This document shows positions 11,097 through 19,778 of a DNA stretch of 64,000 nt, in pieces. The DNA is from an uncultured Gammaproteobacteria bacterium (GTDB lineage Bacteria; Patescibacteriota; Microgenomatia; Levybacterales; GWA1-39-11). The notes under the pieces were generated by a model. The model was not told the origin of the DNA. It searched no databases and worked only from the letters and a program-made list of their open reading frames with translations. The position numbers were made by a program, and so were the translations under genes. Every line of letters begins with the position of its first letter. Position 1 is the first letter of the stretch. The stretch covers positions 246,572-310,571 of the forward strand of contig CAYVFE010000001.1 in NCBI GenBank assembly GCA_964450885.1, given 5' to 3'.

Positions 11097-12048
11097 TAAC
11101 GTTCCCCTATCTACAATTCTTTGGTACCAAATCGGAGGCGAAGCAAAGCTAGTGATCGATATTTCATCGAAAGAAGATTTGTTCGAAGCGCTCCAATATA
11201 TAGAGAATAATAATATTTCCGATATCTTTGTAGTAGGGTTAGGGTCTAATATGCTTTTTCCTGACGAAGGGTTTAATGGTGCGATATTTAGATTTTTGGT
11301 TCAGGAAGATGGTGAAGGGGTAAGAAAGATTTCCGATAATGTAGTTGAAAGCTTTGCAGGTGAGGCTTTGGATAGCGTTATTAACTTTAGTCTGGATAGT
11401 GGACTCACGGGATTGCAGTGGGCAGGTGGATTACCTGGGACGGTGGGCGCCGCGGTCCGAGGGAATGTCGGAGCATTTGGGGGAGAGATAAAAGATAATT
11501 TTTTCAAAGCTCATTGTATAAAGATTCTTCCACATGGAGGATTTGAGGAATTGATTTTGACCCGCGATGAAATGGAATTTGCATATAGAAGCAGTAAGGT
11601 AAAAAAAGAAAAATTAATCGTAGTATCGGTACAATTCGAGCTTAATATCGCGACACAGGAAGACCTGCTTGAGGCCCGCGAAGCGTATTATGCGAATATT
11701 GTCTATCGTCAGGATCATCATCCTCTCGACTACCCAAATTGCGGGAGCGTATTTAAAAATATCTCAAAAAGTGAAGAAGTGGGGAAGGTTAAGTCAACCT
11801 GGGGAGACATCTCGGATCTTATCGATAACAAATGGCATGGAAAGGTTAGTATGGGATATATAATCGATAGACTTGGTCTAAAAGGATTTAGGGTAGGAAA
11901 TGCTCAGGTTAGTAAAAAGCATCAGAATTTTATTGTAAATCTAGGTGGTGCAAAAGCAGCAGACGTAAAAGAAATTATTGCGACTATAGAAAAAAAGACG
12001 CAGAGCGAATTCGGTTTTACTCCGGAAGTCGAGATAGAAATTATTTAG
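11083..12048 (+). CDS. murB: UDP-N-acetylenolpyruvoylglucosamine reductase
   Basis: GLGSNML, GLPGTVGAAVRGNVGAFG, FAYRSS, CGSVFKN, HQNFIVN; start 11083 or 11074, overlapping aclA. Confidence 0.93.
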   Translation: MQIYNNVPLSTILWYQIGGEAKLVIDISSKEDLFEALQYIENNNISDIFVVGLGSNMLFPDEGFNGAIFRFLVQEDGEGVRKISDNVVESFAGEALDSVINFSLDSGLTGLQWAGGLPGTVGAAVRGNVGAFGGEIKDNFFKAHCIKILPHGGFEELILTRDEMEFAYRSSKVKKEKLIVVSVQFELNIATQEDLLEAREAYYANIVYRQDHHPLDYPNCGSVFKNISKSEEVGKVKSTWGDISDLIDNKWHGKVSMGYIIDRLGLKGFRVGNAQVSKKHQNFIVNLGGAKAADVKEIIATIEKKTQSEFGFTPEVEIEII

Positions 12049-12643
12049 GTTCATTGTCAAGACTTTTCCAAAGAATCATAGAAGCATAAGTCCTATATGG
12101 GCTCCATTTTTTAGATATTTCGATAAGTTTTTCATTTGATATTTCATCCAGCCCATACAGTTTTTTGATAGCGTTTTTGAGTCCTAAATCTCCTACAGAG
12201 AAAATGTCCGGACGTCCAAGCGAGAACATCAAAAACATTTCGGCGCTCCAGGCCCCTATTCCCTTTACCGTAGTCAGATTCCTTATTACGGTATCGTCAT
12301 CATCTTCATGGATGGTTTCAAGAATAAGCTTTTTTTCTATTACCTTTTCTGCAAGGTCTTTGATATAGCTTATCTTGGGATAAGATATTCCGCATTCCCG
12401 CATTTTTTCTTTGTCTATTTTCAACACCCTTTCAGGGGTTATTTTCCCATCAAATAATTTCTGAAACCTCGTAAATATCGTTCCTGCAGCTTTTACCGAT
12501 AATTGTTGTCCTACTATAGAGCGAATGAGACGCACAAAGTGCTCCGTAGATGGAAGCATAGGAACAAGAGGATCGATATTAATCGCAAGCTCGTAAAGAA
12601 GAGGATCAACTGTCTTGAAATGTTTCAGTGCCCGTTCGTGCAT
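12041..12643 (-). CDS. alkA: DNA-3-methyladenine glycosylase II (HhH-GPD)
   Basis: IVGQQLSVKAA, VKGIGAWSAEMFLMF, GDLGL, WSPYRTYA; start reassigned to MHERA at 12643. Confidence 0.9.
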   Translation of the reverse strand: MHERALKHFKTVDPLLYELAINIDPLVPMLPSTEHFVRLIRSIVGQQLSVKAAGTIFTRFQKLFDGKITPERVLKIDKEKMRECGISYPKISYIKDLAEKVIEKKLILETIHEDDDDTVIRNLTTVKGIGAWSAEMFLMFSLGRPDIFSVGDLGLKNAIKKLYGLDEISNEKLIEISKKWSPYRTYASMILWKSLDNEPK

Positions 12644-12687
12644 ATCCGTATTATATATTATGAAGTTTGTTATAATTACCAAGTAAA

Positions 12688-13479
12688 ATGACAAAAGCAT
12701 TGATTTCATTTTCTGTTGCGGATATTCCGTTGGGCATAGCACTTGAGGAATATTTTTTACTTGCAAATCATCTTAAGGTAGATGGGCTGGAGATTGTTGT
12801 CGGATGGAAAACGAGATTTAATATGAGAAAGCTGGCGAGGCTTTCTAAGCGTTACAATGTGCCGATTCTGTCTATCCATCAGCCTGCATGGTCTGTTGCT
12901 GGATTCTGGCAGGATGAGGGTGCATTCAAGTTTGCTCAAAAATTTAATGCGATATATGTTGCTCATCCTATCGTGGTGCAGCCAATGAATGCTCCAAAAT
13001 CTAAAGCTTATTTTAAGTGGCTGTCTGATATGAAGAAGAAATATAATCTTGAGATAATGATAGAAAATATGACGAACATCTATCAGTTGATGCCGCTTCT
13101 TCACTACGTTTCCAAAAAACATCACGATAGCGCAACAAGCCTTTTGTCATTTGAAAAGGTATGTAAAAAGTATGGATTTGGATTTACTTTAGATATATCG
13201 CATATTATGCAGCCAGATCCGCAAAATGCTCCAGGATTTAAGGAGCTTTTTCCTATCATGCGAAACATACACCTAAGCGATTTTACCAAGAAGAAAGAGC
13301 ATATGGGTCTCGGGGACGGAGATTTGAATTATGAGGGGTTTTTGTCATATCTAAAGGAAAATAAATACGATGGAATAATTAACCTAGAACTTTGTCCGAG
13401 AATCCTCAATGCGCGGGAAAAGTATTATAAAGATATAACTGAGTCTGTAAAAATAGTTAAAAAATACCTTACTGGATGA
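12688..13479 (+). CDS. Sugar phosphate isomerase/epimerase (AP endonuclease-2 TIM barrel)
   Basis: IEN, LDISH, IHLSD, HMGLGDG and NLE metal-binding pattern. Confidence 0.75.
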   Translation: MTKALISFSVADIPLGIALEEYFLLANHLKVDGLEIVVGWKTRFNMRKLARLSKRYNVPILSIHQPAWSVAGFWQDEGAFKFAQKFNAIYVAHPIVVQPMNAPKSKAYFKWLSDMKKKYNLEIMIENMTNIYQLMPLLHYVSKKHHDSATSLLSFEKVCKKYGFGFTLDISHIMQPDPQNAPGFKELFPIMRNIHLSDFTKKKEHMGLGDGDLNYEGFLSYLKENKYDGIINLELCPRILNAREKYYKDITESVKIVKKYLTG

Positions 13480-13520
13480 TTTCTCTTGACATAAAATAAT
13501 TCTCCTGCTTTACTTTAATA

Positions 13521-14177
13521 GTGAATGGATTTCGTATAGGATTTATCGCATCTTTGAGTTTTCTTCTAATTATTGCTGTTTTTGCGGGAACGATGGGATA
13601 TTTTCCTCCACCAGAGGGTCCTAAAGCTCCAGAATATCCTAACTATACTGACTATCAATTCCTGTCCCAGCCTCTGAATTTGCTCAATCAAAATCAGATC
13701 CAGCAAACTCCTATAGACACATCATATGAATCGGAATATGACAAAGCCCTAAGAGAATACAACGAAGCAAGGGAGGCATACGAAGAAGAACAGGCAAGTT
13801 TTGTGGAGGAAAAAATTGTTCCTTATGCTAGAAATGTATTTGTTTCATGGATAGTATTGCAGACGGTATTTGTTCTGATTGGTGTATTTTTCATAAAGAT
13901 AAATAGCGAGCTTGTAGGATCAGGATTTGCTTTTAGTAGCGTGTGGACGATTCTTTTTCTCCCATTAGGAGGAATAATCTGGTATGCGAATTTATTAATT
14001 TCAAGTTTTGCTATGCAAGCAGAGAAAACTTATTCTGCAGACCCTATCCTTCAGGCAGTTATGTGGACATCGATCGCTGGAGTACTTCTGCTTACTATTT
14101 TCGGAAGTATTCTGTACGGTGCAATTAGGTTGCCTAGGATGAATTCGAATGTTCCCCCGCAAAATACAGGATTATAG
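13521..14177 (+). CDS. Hypothetical membrane protein (about 4 TM helices with an extracytoplasmic loop)
   Basis: 218-aa ORF with GTG start, hydrophobic segments; TTGACA at 13486 upstream. Confidence 0.7.
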   Translation: MNGFRIGFIASLSFLLIIAVFAGTMGYFPPPEGPKAPEYPNYTDYQFLSQPLNLLNQNQIQQTPIDTSYESEYDKALREYNEAREAYEEEQASFVEEKIVPYARNVFVSWIVLQTVFVLIGVFFIKINSELVGSGFAFSSVWTILFLPLGGIIWYANLLISSFAMQAEKTYSADPILQAVMWTSIAGVLLLTIFGSILYGAIRLPRMNSNVPPQNTGL

Positions 14178-14199
14178 CAATCAATTAGGAGGTGATATT

Positions 14200-14598
14200 A
14201 TGGCTGATAGAAAAGAAAAAATGTCTACGAAAGTGATGGTAATAGTTTTTATCGGAGTAGCCTTCGTAGCTGGATATTTATTCGCAAGAGCAAAGTATAA
14301 GCCGCAGATAGTAGAGCTCGGGTCCATGGTTATGGATCGGGATGATACTATAAATACACTTAATGGTCTACGAAATAGATACATGCTGACCGATGATGGA
14401 GTAGTCTATTTACAGGATGGCGAAGCGACTCCAGTTGAGGATGTAGTAACGCTTACTGATGGGAGTAAAATAGATGCAAATGGTACCGTTTTGAGATCTG
14501 ATGGTGATGAGGAGAAATTGGGAATCGGAGATTCGATACTTTTAGATGGAACAATAGTTACTGGATCTGAAGTAATGGAAATGCAGGGGAAGAAATAG
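14200..14598 (+). CDS. Membrane-anchored hypothetical protein with DG-turn beta-repeat domain (resembles DUF6799)
   Basis: Strong SD AGGAGGTG before ATG 14200; N-terminal TM; repeated xDGx pattern (LQDGE, LTDGS, RSDGD, LLDGT). Confidence 0.65.
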   Translation: MADRKEKMSTKVMVIVFIGVAFVAGYLFARAKYKPQIVELGSMVMDRDDTINTLNGLRNRYMLTDDGVVYLQDGEATPVEDVVTLTDGSKIDANGTVLRSDGDEEKLGIGDSILLDGTIVTGSEVMEMQGKK

Positions 14599-14606
14599 AA
14601 TTAGTT

Positions 14607-15149
14607 CTATATAAATTCTTCTTTAACTTCCTTTTTAAACTCCTTGAGAAGTTTTTTAATTTTTGGATCTATTACTACTGTACAATAAGGGTAGTCCTTG
14701 TTTCTCTCATAGTACCTTTGGTGGCTAGGTTCCGCCTCATAGAATTTTGTATATCCTTCAAGTTTTGTGACGATTGGGTTTTTGAAAGTTTTGCTTTTTT
14801 CTAGATCACTTTTTATTTTTTCAGCTATCTTTCTTTGTTTTTCATCATGATAAAAGATAGCTGATCTATACTGCGTACCGTGATCTGCTCCCTGTCGATT
14901 TAGGGTCGTGGGATTATGTGTATGAAAAAAAATCTGAACGAGTTTTTCAAAAGATATAATATCGGGGTTATAAGTGATCTGGATTGCTTCCGCATGGTTA
15001 GTATTTCCCATTGATACCTGATCGTAAGTAGGATATTCTATGTTACCTCCGGTGTATCCAGATTGTACTTTCTCAACCCCCTTGAGTCGTTGAAAGATAG
15101 CCTCTGTGCACCAGAAGCATCCGCCTGCAAAAGTTGCTAGTTCGTTCAT
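14607..15149 (-). CDS. msrA: Peptide methionine sulfoxide reductase A
   Basis: AGGCFWC, GTQYRSAIF, AEPSHQRYY, YPYC. Confidence 0.97.
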   Translation of the reverse strand: MNELATFAGGCFWCTEAIFQRLKGVEKVQSGYTGGNIEYPTYDQVSMGNTNHAEAIQITYNPDIISFEKLVQIFFHTHNPTTLNRQGADHGTQYRSAIFYHDEKQRKIAEKIKSDLEKSKTFKNPIVTKLEGYTKFYEAEPSHQRYYERNKDYPYCTVVIDPKIKKLLKEFKKEVKEEFI

Positions 15150-15206
15150 ATATATGATTATAACAGAGGGGGAAATTAACCTTGCAAATTTAGTTATAAT
15201 AGCCCT

Positions 15207-16256
15207 ATGAAAAAAGCACTAATTATTTCACTGCTTATTGCGACTATTGGTTTTTTGGGAGCTATCTTGTATATGATTCTTACCCCCGATGGGAATAAGG
15301 TCATAAATCCGCTAGTTGAAGAAGTTGAGCAAGAAGTCTTTCCTCTCAATAAATATTCTTTTGACAATCTTTCACAATCCGAATTTAACGGCAATCAAAT
15401 AGAAATAGGAGAAAAAATTGACGAGGAAATAGACGAAATAGATTTGTACATATTTTATTTTTATGACCAGGATCCACAAGATGCAAATAATTTAAAAAAG
15501 GTCAGCGGACTCTTAACAGTTCCTGCAAAGGAGGGAAATTATCCTGTTATTGTTCAGTTCAGGGGGTATGTAGATAGAGAAATTTATGAAACTGGAATAG
15601 GCACTAGACCTAGTGCTACAGAGTTTGCACGAAATGGATTCATAACACTTTCACCAGATTTTTTGGGATACGGCAAATCTGATATGCCTTCGCAATATCC
15701 TATCGAAGAACGATTTCAAACATACTCAACATCACTATCGCTTTTGGCATCATTGAAGAATTTGAATAAAGCATTTGATAGAAAAGAGGCGTCACAGTCT
15801 GCTGATATTTCAAGACTTGGTCTTTGGGGCCACAGTAATGGTGGACATATAGCTTTATCAGTTTTGGCGGTTACTACAGAAAATATTCCTACGGTTCTTT
15901 GGGCACCCGTGACAAAACCATTTCCGTATTCGATACTGTACTTTACAGATGAATTTGCTGATGAGGGAAAAGCATTGAGAAAAGTTGTATCTGATTTTGA
16001 AAGAGATTATGATGTTTTTGACTTCTCTCCGACTGGTTATTATGGCAGGATGACTGCGTCTTTACAGATACATCAGGGAACAGCGGACGATGCAGTGCCA
16101 CTTGCCTGGACGAATGAGTTCGTAGAAAAGCTAGATGAGCTGGAAATTGAAAATGAATATTTTGTTTATCCTGGTGCGGATCATGATTTGCGCGGCGGGT
16201 GGGATGAAGCGGTGCTAAGAAGCATAGATTTTTATAGGGAAGAACTCGAGCTTTAA
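15207..16256 (+). CDS. Membrane-anchored alpha/beta hydrolase (S9-like peptidase/esterase)
   Basis: N-terminal TM; PDFLGYG, GHSNGG nucleophile elbow, HQGTADDAVP, GADH. Confidence 0.85.
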   Translation: MKKALIISLLIATIGFLGAILYMILTPDGNKVINPLVEEVEQEVFPLNKYSFDNLSQSEFNGNQIEIGEKIDEEIDEIDLYIFYFYDQDPQDANNLKKVSGLLTVPAKEGNYPVIVQFRGYVDREIYETGIGTRPSATEFARNGFITLSPDFLGYGKSDMPSQYPIEERFQTYSTSLSLLASLKNLNKAFDRKEASQSADISRLGLWGHSNGGHIALSVLAVTTENIPTVLWAPVTKPFPYSILYFTDEFADEGKALRKVVSDFERDYDVFDFSPTGYYGRMTASLQIHQGTADDAVPLAWTNEFVEKLDELEIENEYFVYPGADHDLRGGWDEAVLRSIDFYREELEL

Positions 16257-18022
16257 TAGATATCAAATTTTTCAAGAAGCTTTTTGTTTCCCTCGATCTG
16301 ATAATTTAAAAGCTCTGAGTAGATACCCTTTTTCTTGGAGAGTTCTTGTGGTGTTCCATAGTTTACGACCATTCCGCTATCTATAACGATTATCTTATCG
16401 ACGTTTTGGATAGTCGAGAATCTATGTGCAATTATTATGACAAGTTTTCCTTTCATGAGATTTTCGAGTGCGATTTGTACCTCATTCTCACTTTTTGCGT
16501 CAAGCGAGGAGGTCGCTTCGTCGAGGATTAGAATCGGGGCATTTTTTAGTACAGCTCGTGCTATCTGAATACGCTGTTTTTGTCCTCCGGAAAGCCTAAC
16601 GCCACGTTCGCCTATTTCTGAATCTACTCCCTTTGGGAGTTTTTTTACGAACTCATACGCATTTGCCATTTTGAGTGCTTCTATAATCTCTTTTTCCGAC
16701 GCGTTCTTTTTCCCATACATAACATTTTCCCGGACCGTTGATGAAAAGAGTTCGTTCTCCTGAAATACAAGCGCTATGTTGCTTCTTACAAAATTGTGCG
16801 ACAAGGAAGAATAGGCTTTGTTTTTGATATAGATCTCCCCACCAGTAGGCGTATAGAGTTTCAAGATGAGGTTTACTATCGTAGATTTTCCAGCCCCGCT
16901 GTGTCCTACGAGTGCTACTTTCTCTCCCTGTTTGATCTTAAAGTTAATATCGCTAAGTACTGTTTCAGATTCTTCATAATTGAATGAAATATTCTTAAAC
17001 TCTATATCAGGATCGGAAATTTTATTTGTCGTTTTTGTTTCTCTAAAATTTTCAGTAGATTTTAGATCCATTATCTCGAAATACTCTTTACTTCCTGCCT
17101 CTGCATTTTGAATTTGAGTAAGGATAAATGACATAGCAAATAAGGGCGTTCTGGCCATATTAAAAAGCTGAAGTATAAGAACCATCTCTCCAATCGTAAG
17201 GTTGCCTACGAAGGTATTATAAAAAACAAGAATATTTATGATGAAAAGAATTATTATGAGGGATAGATTCCTAGCAAAGTCGAACTTATGAAAAGTTGAG
17301 CTTTGATGAGCATAGATCTTGTTAATTTTGGATAAGTTAGATGATGTAGTATTGAATTCTGTTTTTTCGCTACTAAAGCCTTTAACCAGGCGTATATTAT
17401 TTATTACTTCATTTATGCGGCCTCTGGTTACATCTTCTATCTTGTTCTTTTTGACTTCTTCCTTGCCCCATTTTACTGTTGAATAATATGAAAGTGTCAG
17501 ATAAACGGGAAAAAGCGCAAACGTGGCAAGTGCTATGGTCGTGTCATAGTAAGCTAGGACTATTATCGTGAATATGCTTTGGAGAAAGGTTGGCAGGATG
17601 AAGTTTGACAATCCATTTAGAAATGAGTAGGTGGTTTGGATGCCGCGATTTAGCTGATTTACGATTTTCCCCGATACTTGTGAGTCGAAGTAGCTTTGTG
17701 GAAGAGTAAGCACCTTTGCGTAGAATTTTTCGGTAAGAAATTTTCTGAGTCTTCCTGCAAAATGATCACCCAGTCTGTTTGATATAGAGGTTATACCTAT
17801 GCCTATAAAGTTTAGCAATAACGAAAGTACAACTAAAAAGATCAAGCGTTCGATGCTGCCATCCTCTCCCTGTACTCTTGCTACTATGTCATCTACTATG
17901 AATTTCGAGATTATTGGCGAAGCAAGCTGAAGCGCAGAAGAGACCAGGATGAGAATAGATATGATTGTTATAAGCCCGTAGAGGGGTTTTGAGATTTTTA
18001 TGATCTTGAATATATTCTTCAC
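16253..18022 (-). CDS. ABC exporter, fused permease/ATPase (MsbA/Sav1866-like)
   Basis: TM domain plus GHSGAGKS, LSGGQKQR, LILDEATS, IAHR. Confidence 0.95.
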   Translation of the reverse strand: MKNIFKIIKISKPLYGLITIISILILVSSALQLASPIISKFIVDDIVARVQGEDGSIERLIFLVVLSLLLNFIGIGITSISNRLGDHFAGRLRKFLTEKFYAKVLTLPQSYFDSQVSGKIVNQLNRGIQTTYSFLNGLSNFILPTFLQSIFTIIVLAYYDTTIALATFALFPVYLTLSYYSTVKWGKEEVKKNKIEDVTRGRINEVINNIRLVKGFSSEKTEFNTTSSNLSKINKIYAHQSSTFHKFDFARNLSLIIILFIINILVFYNTFVGNLTIGEMVLILQLFNMARTPLFAMSFILTQIQNAEAGSKEYFEIMDLKSTENFRETKTTNKISDPDIEFKNISFNYEESETVLSDINFKIKQGEKVALVGHSGAGKSTIVNLILKLYTPTGGEIYIKNKAYSSLSHNFVRSNIALVFQENELFSSTVRENVMYGKKNASEKEIIEALKMANAYEFVKKLPKGVDSEIGERGVRLSGGQKQRIQIARAVLKNAPILILDEATSSLDAKSENEVQIALENLMKGKLVIIIAHRFSTIQNVDKIIVIDSGMVVNYGTPQELSKKKGIYSELLNYQIEGNKKLLEKFDIY

Positions 18023-18074
18023 GATTGCTTATTTTAGCACGTAAATAGTCTTATGGAACTCTTTTCTCAGACTG

Positions 18075-18104
18075 TTGTAATTTTTACAATAGTTCGTGTA
18101 TAAT
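18075..18104 (+). promoter_or_regulatory. Promoter with overlapping palindrome
   Basis: TTGTAA-N18-TATAAT; inverted repeat TTGTAA-TTT-TTACAA at 18075-18089. Confidence 0.55.
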
Positions 18105-18126
18105 TCGATGCGATATTAATAAAAGC

Positions 18127-18300
18127 GATACTTAGCGCTATCTTGAATTGCAAGTATAAGCCGCGGTTTTCCGCCGCGAAAGATAAGTATCCGCAACCCA
18201 GAAGGGTTTTTCCGTTCAGCGGGATTGCTCAAAACCTAACGCCGGGTGTAAAGGAAGGTTCATGTTACCCTCTCAAATCTACGAGAGGATTTTGTACCCC
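18127..18300 (+). ncRNA. Candidate structured 5' leader RNA (unassigned family)
   Basis: Several nested helices visible by eye between the promoter and ATG 18323 (see findings). Confidence 0.5.
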
Positions 18301-18322
18301 ACTTACAAGGCTAAAAAGTATT

Positions 18323-19072
18323 ATGGAAAACGAACAAGCTTCGCGAAATTATCGTGGAGAAATAAAACAATTCGTAAAGAACAAGGGGCAAGTAATTGCG
18401 TCTGGAGGGATCCTTGCAGGACTTAGCATTTTCGGTATGTGTGAGGCGTCAAATGCAGATAATTCCAGTGATGATGAGTATCAGGATTTTAGTTCTACGC
18501 AGCTTGTTGAGGAATCATTTGCCCAGGCTGAAAGTTATCAAAGTTTTGTAGATAGGATTATGGAAGAGTCAAAAGAAAATGTAGACCAGATGGAACAGGA
18601 AATGCAAACAGATGAAGAATTCGACCTTGAGACTCCTACCCCAACTGCTACAAGTACGCCAACTCCGACGATGACTCCTACGCTGACACCCACTCCTATT
18701 CCTCCAACTCCAACTCCTGAGCCATATATTCCGACTCCTACCCCAACGCCTGATGTTTCTCCTCAATCACAATCTTCTTCGAATGTGCCTTCTAACTGCC
18801 CAGAATTGATTGCAGATACTTTCGGTTGGAGTGGTTGTGCGATATCATACTGTGAGAGCGGATGGGATCAGAATGAAACAGGTGATGCTGGAGAACGCGG
18901 GTGGTTTCAAATCCACCCTATCCATAGCGATTCAACTTACGATCCTGTAGGAAATGTCGCAGCAGCAAATAGAATAAGCAATGGAGGAACAGATTGGGGT
19001 GCGTGGTCTGTTAGGGGAGTTCTTAGTAATGGTGGATTTTGTCCGAATGGTGAAGCTGTACCATCTCGATAA
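18323..19072 (+). CDS. Secreted/anchored protein with Pro-Thr linker and C-terminal lysozyme-like (SLT transglycosylase-type) domain
   Basis: Hydrophobic segment, acidic region, (PT)n linker, then ISYCESG (catalytic Glu), GWFQI, YDPVGNVAAA, DWGAW. Confidence 0.75.
   Translation: MENEQASRNYRGEIKQFVKNKGQVIASGGILAGLSIFGMCEASNADNSSDDEYQDFSSTQLVEESFAQAESYQSFVDRIMEESKENVDQMEQEMQTDEEFDLETPTPTATSTPTPTMTPTLTPTPIPPTPTPEPYIPTPTPTPDVSPQSQSSSNVPSNCPELIADTFGWSGCAISYCESGWDQNETGDAGERGWFQIHPIHSDSTYDPVGNVAAANRISNGGTDWGAWSVRGVLSNGGFCPNGEAVPSR
18631..18750 (+). repeat. Coding Pro/Thr low-complexity repeat
   Basis: Degenerate ACN-CCN hexamers encoding TPTPTATSTPTPTMTPTLTPTP... Confidence 0.85.
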
Positions 19073-19094
19073 ATTTTACTATTTCCAATAGTCC

Positions 19095-19700
19095 TTATTC
19101 TGCGCCGATTATTATCACAGCGTCTTCATCGCCATCGTAGTTGGTTGAGGTATCACCGATGGTGTATTCATCCGAAAGATCGCTTTCCAACAATTCGAGT
19201 AGGGCATTATTTCCGTTTGCTACAGAAATTTCTGTCTCCGTGTAGTCAAAATTGTCTGCATTTTCAGTTCCTCCAACGGTGTAGCCTAAATCACCTAGTA
19301 TGTCAGAAAGCCTTCCTGCAGCCCCTGCTGTACCGCTTCCGTTTTGGATAAGTATTGTATATTCTGAGCGATCTATATCAGAATCGCTGTCATCCTCATC
19401 TGTATCAGCATCCTCCTCTGATGCTGAGTCTTCATCTTCTGGTGTTGGCGCAGGGGTATCCGTAGGGGACTGTGTTATCGCGGGTGTTGCAAATATGTCC
19501 TCTTCTTCAGGTTCTTCATCTGAAGAGAATGCGGAGATTGCGACTATAAGAACAATTATTATTATGAGGATTCCTCCGATTATCGCGAAGAGTTTTTTCT
19601 TATTTTTTCTTCCTCCTTGAGATTCATACACATAAGATCTTCTGGAGTGTGCTTGCGGCTGTTGTTCGTCTTCCATAGTCCTTACCTTGCTCAACACCAT
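19095..19700 (-). CDS. LytR C-terminal domain protein with single TM and acidic linker
   Basis: IQNGSGTAGAAGRLSDILGDLGY and AVIIIG LytR_C pattern; true start may be MEDEQQ at 19676. Confidence 0.8.
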   Translation of the reverse strand: MVLSKVRTMEDEQQPQAHSRRSYVYESQGGRKNKKKLFAIIGGILIIIIVLIVAISAFSSDEEPEEEDIFATPAITQSPTDTPAPTPEDEDSASEEDADTDEDDSDSDIDRSEYTILIQNGSGTAGAAGRLSDILGDLGYTVGGTENADNFDYTETEISVANGNNALLELLESDLSDEYTIGDTSTNYDGDEDAVIIIGAE

Positions 19701-19778
19701 AATACCACTTTTTTCATTAAATTCAAGTTAAATTGAATATTTATAATAGAATTTAATAGCAAATAGTATAATATTTAA

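Noticed and set aside
12644-12766. N-terminal extension of alkA in the ORF track
   Set aside because: Overlaps the divergent gene; the family-like sequence and a promoter support the start at 12643
18143-18322. 60-aa N-terminal extension of the SLT-like protein
   Set aside because: TTG start without SD, non-protein-like composition, and it coincides with strong RNA structure; not formally excluded
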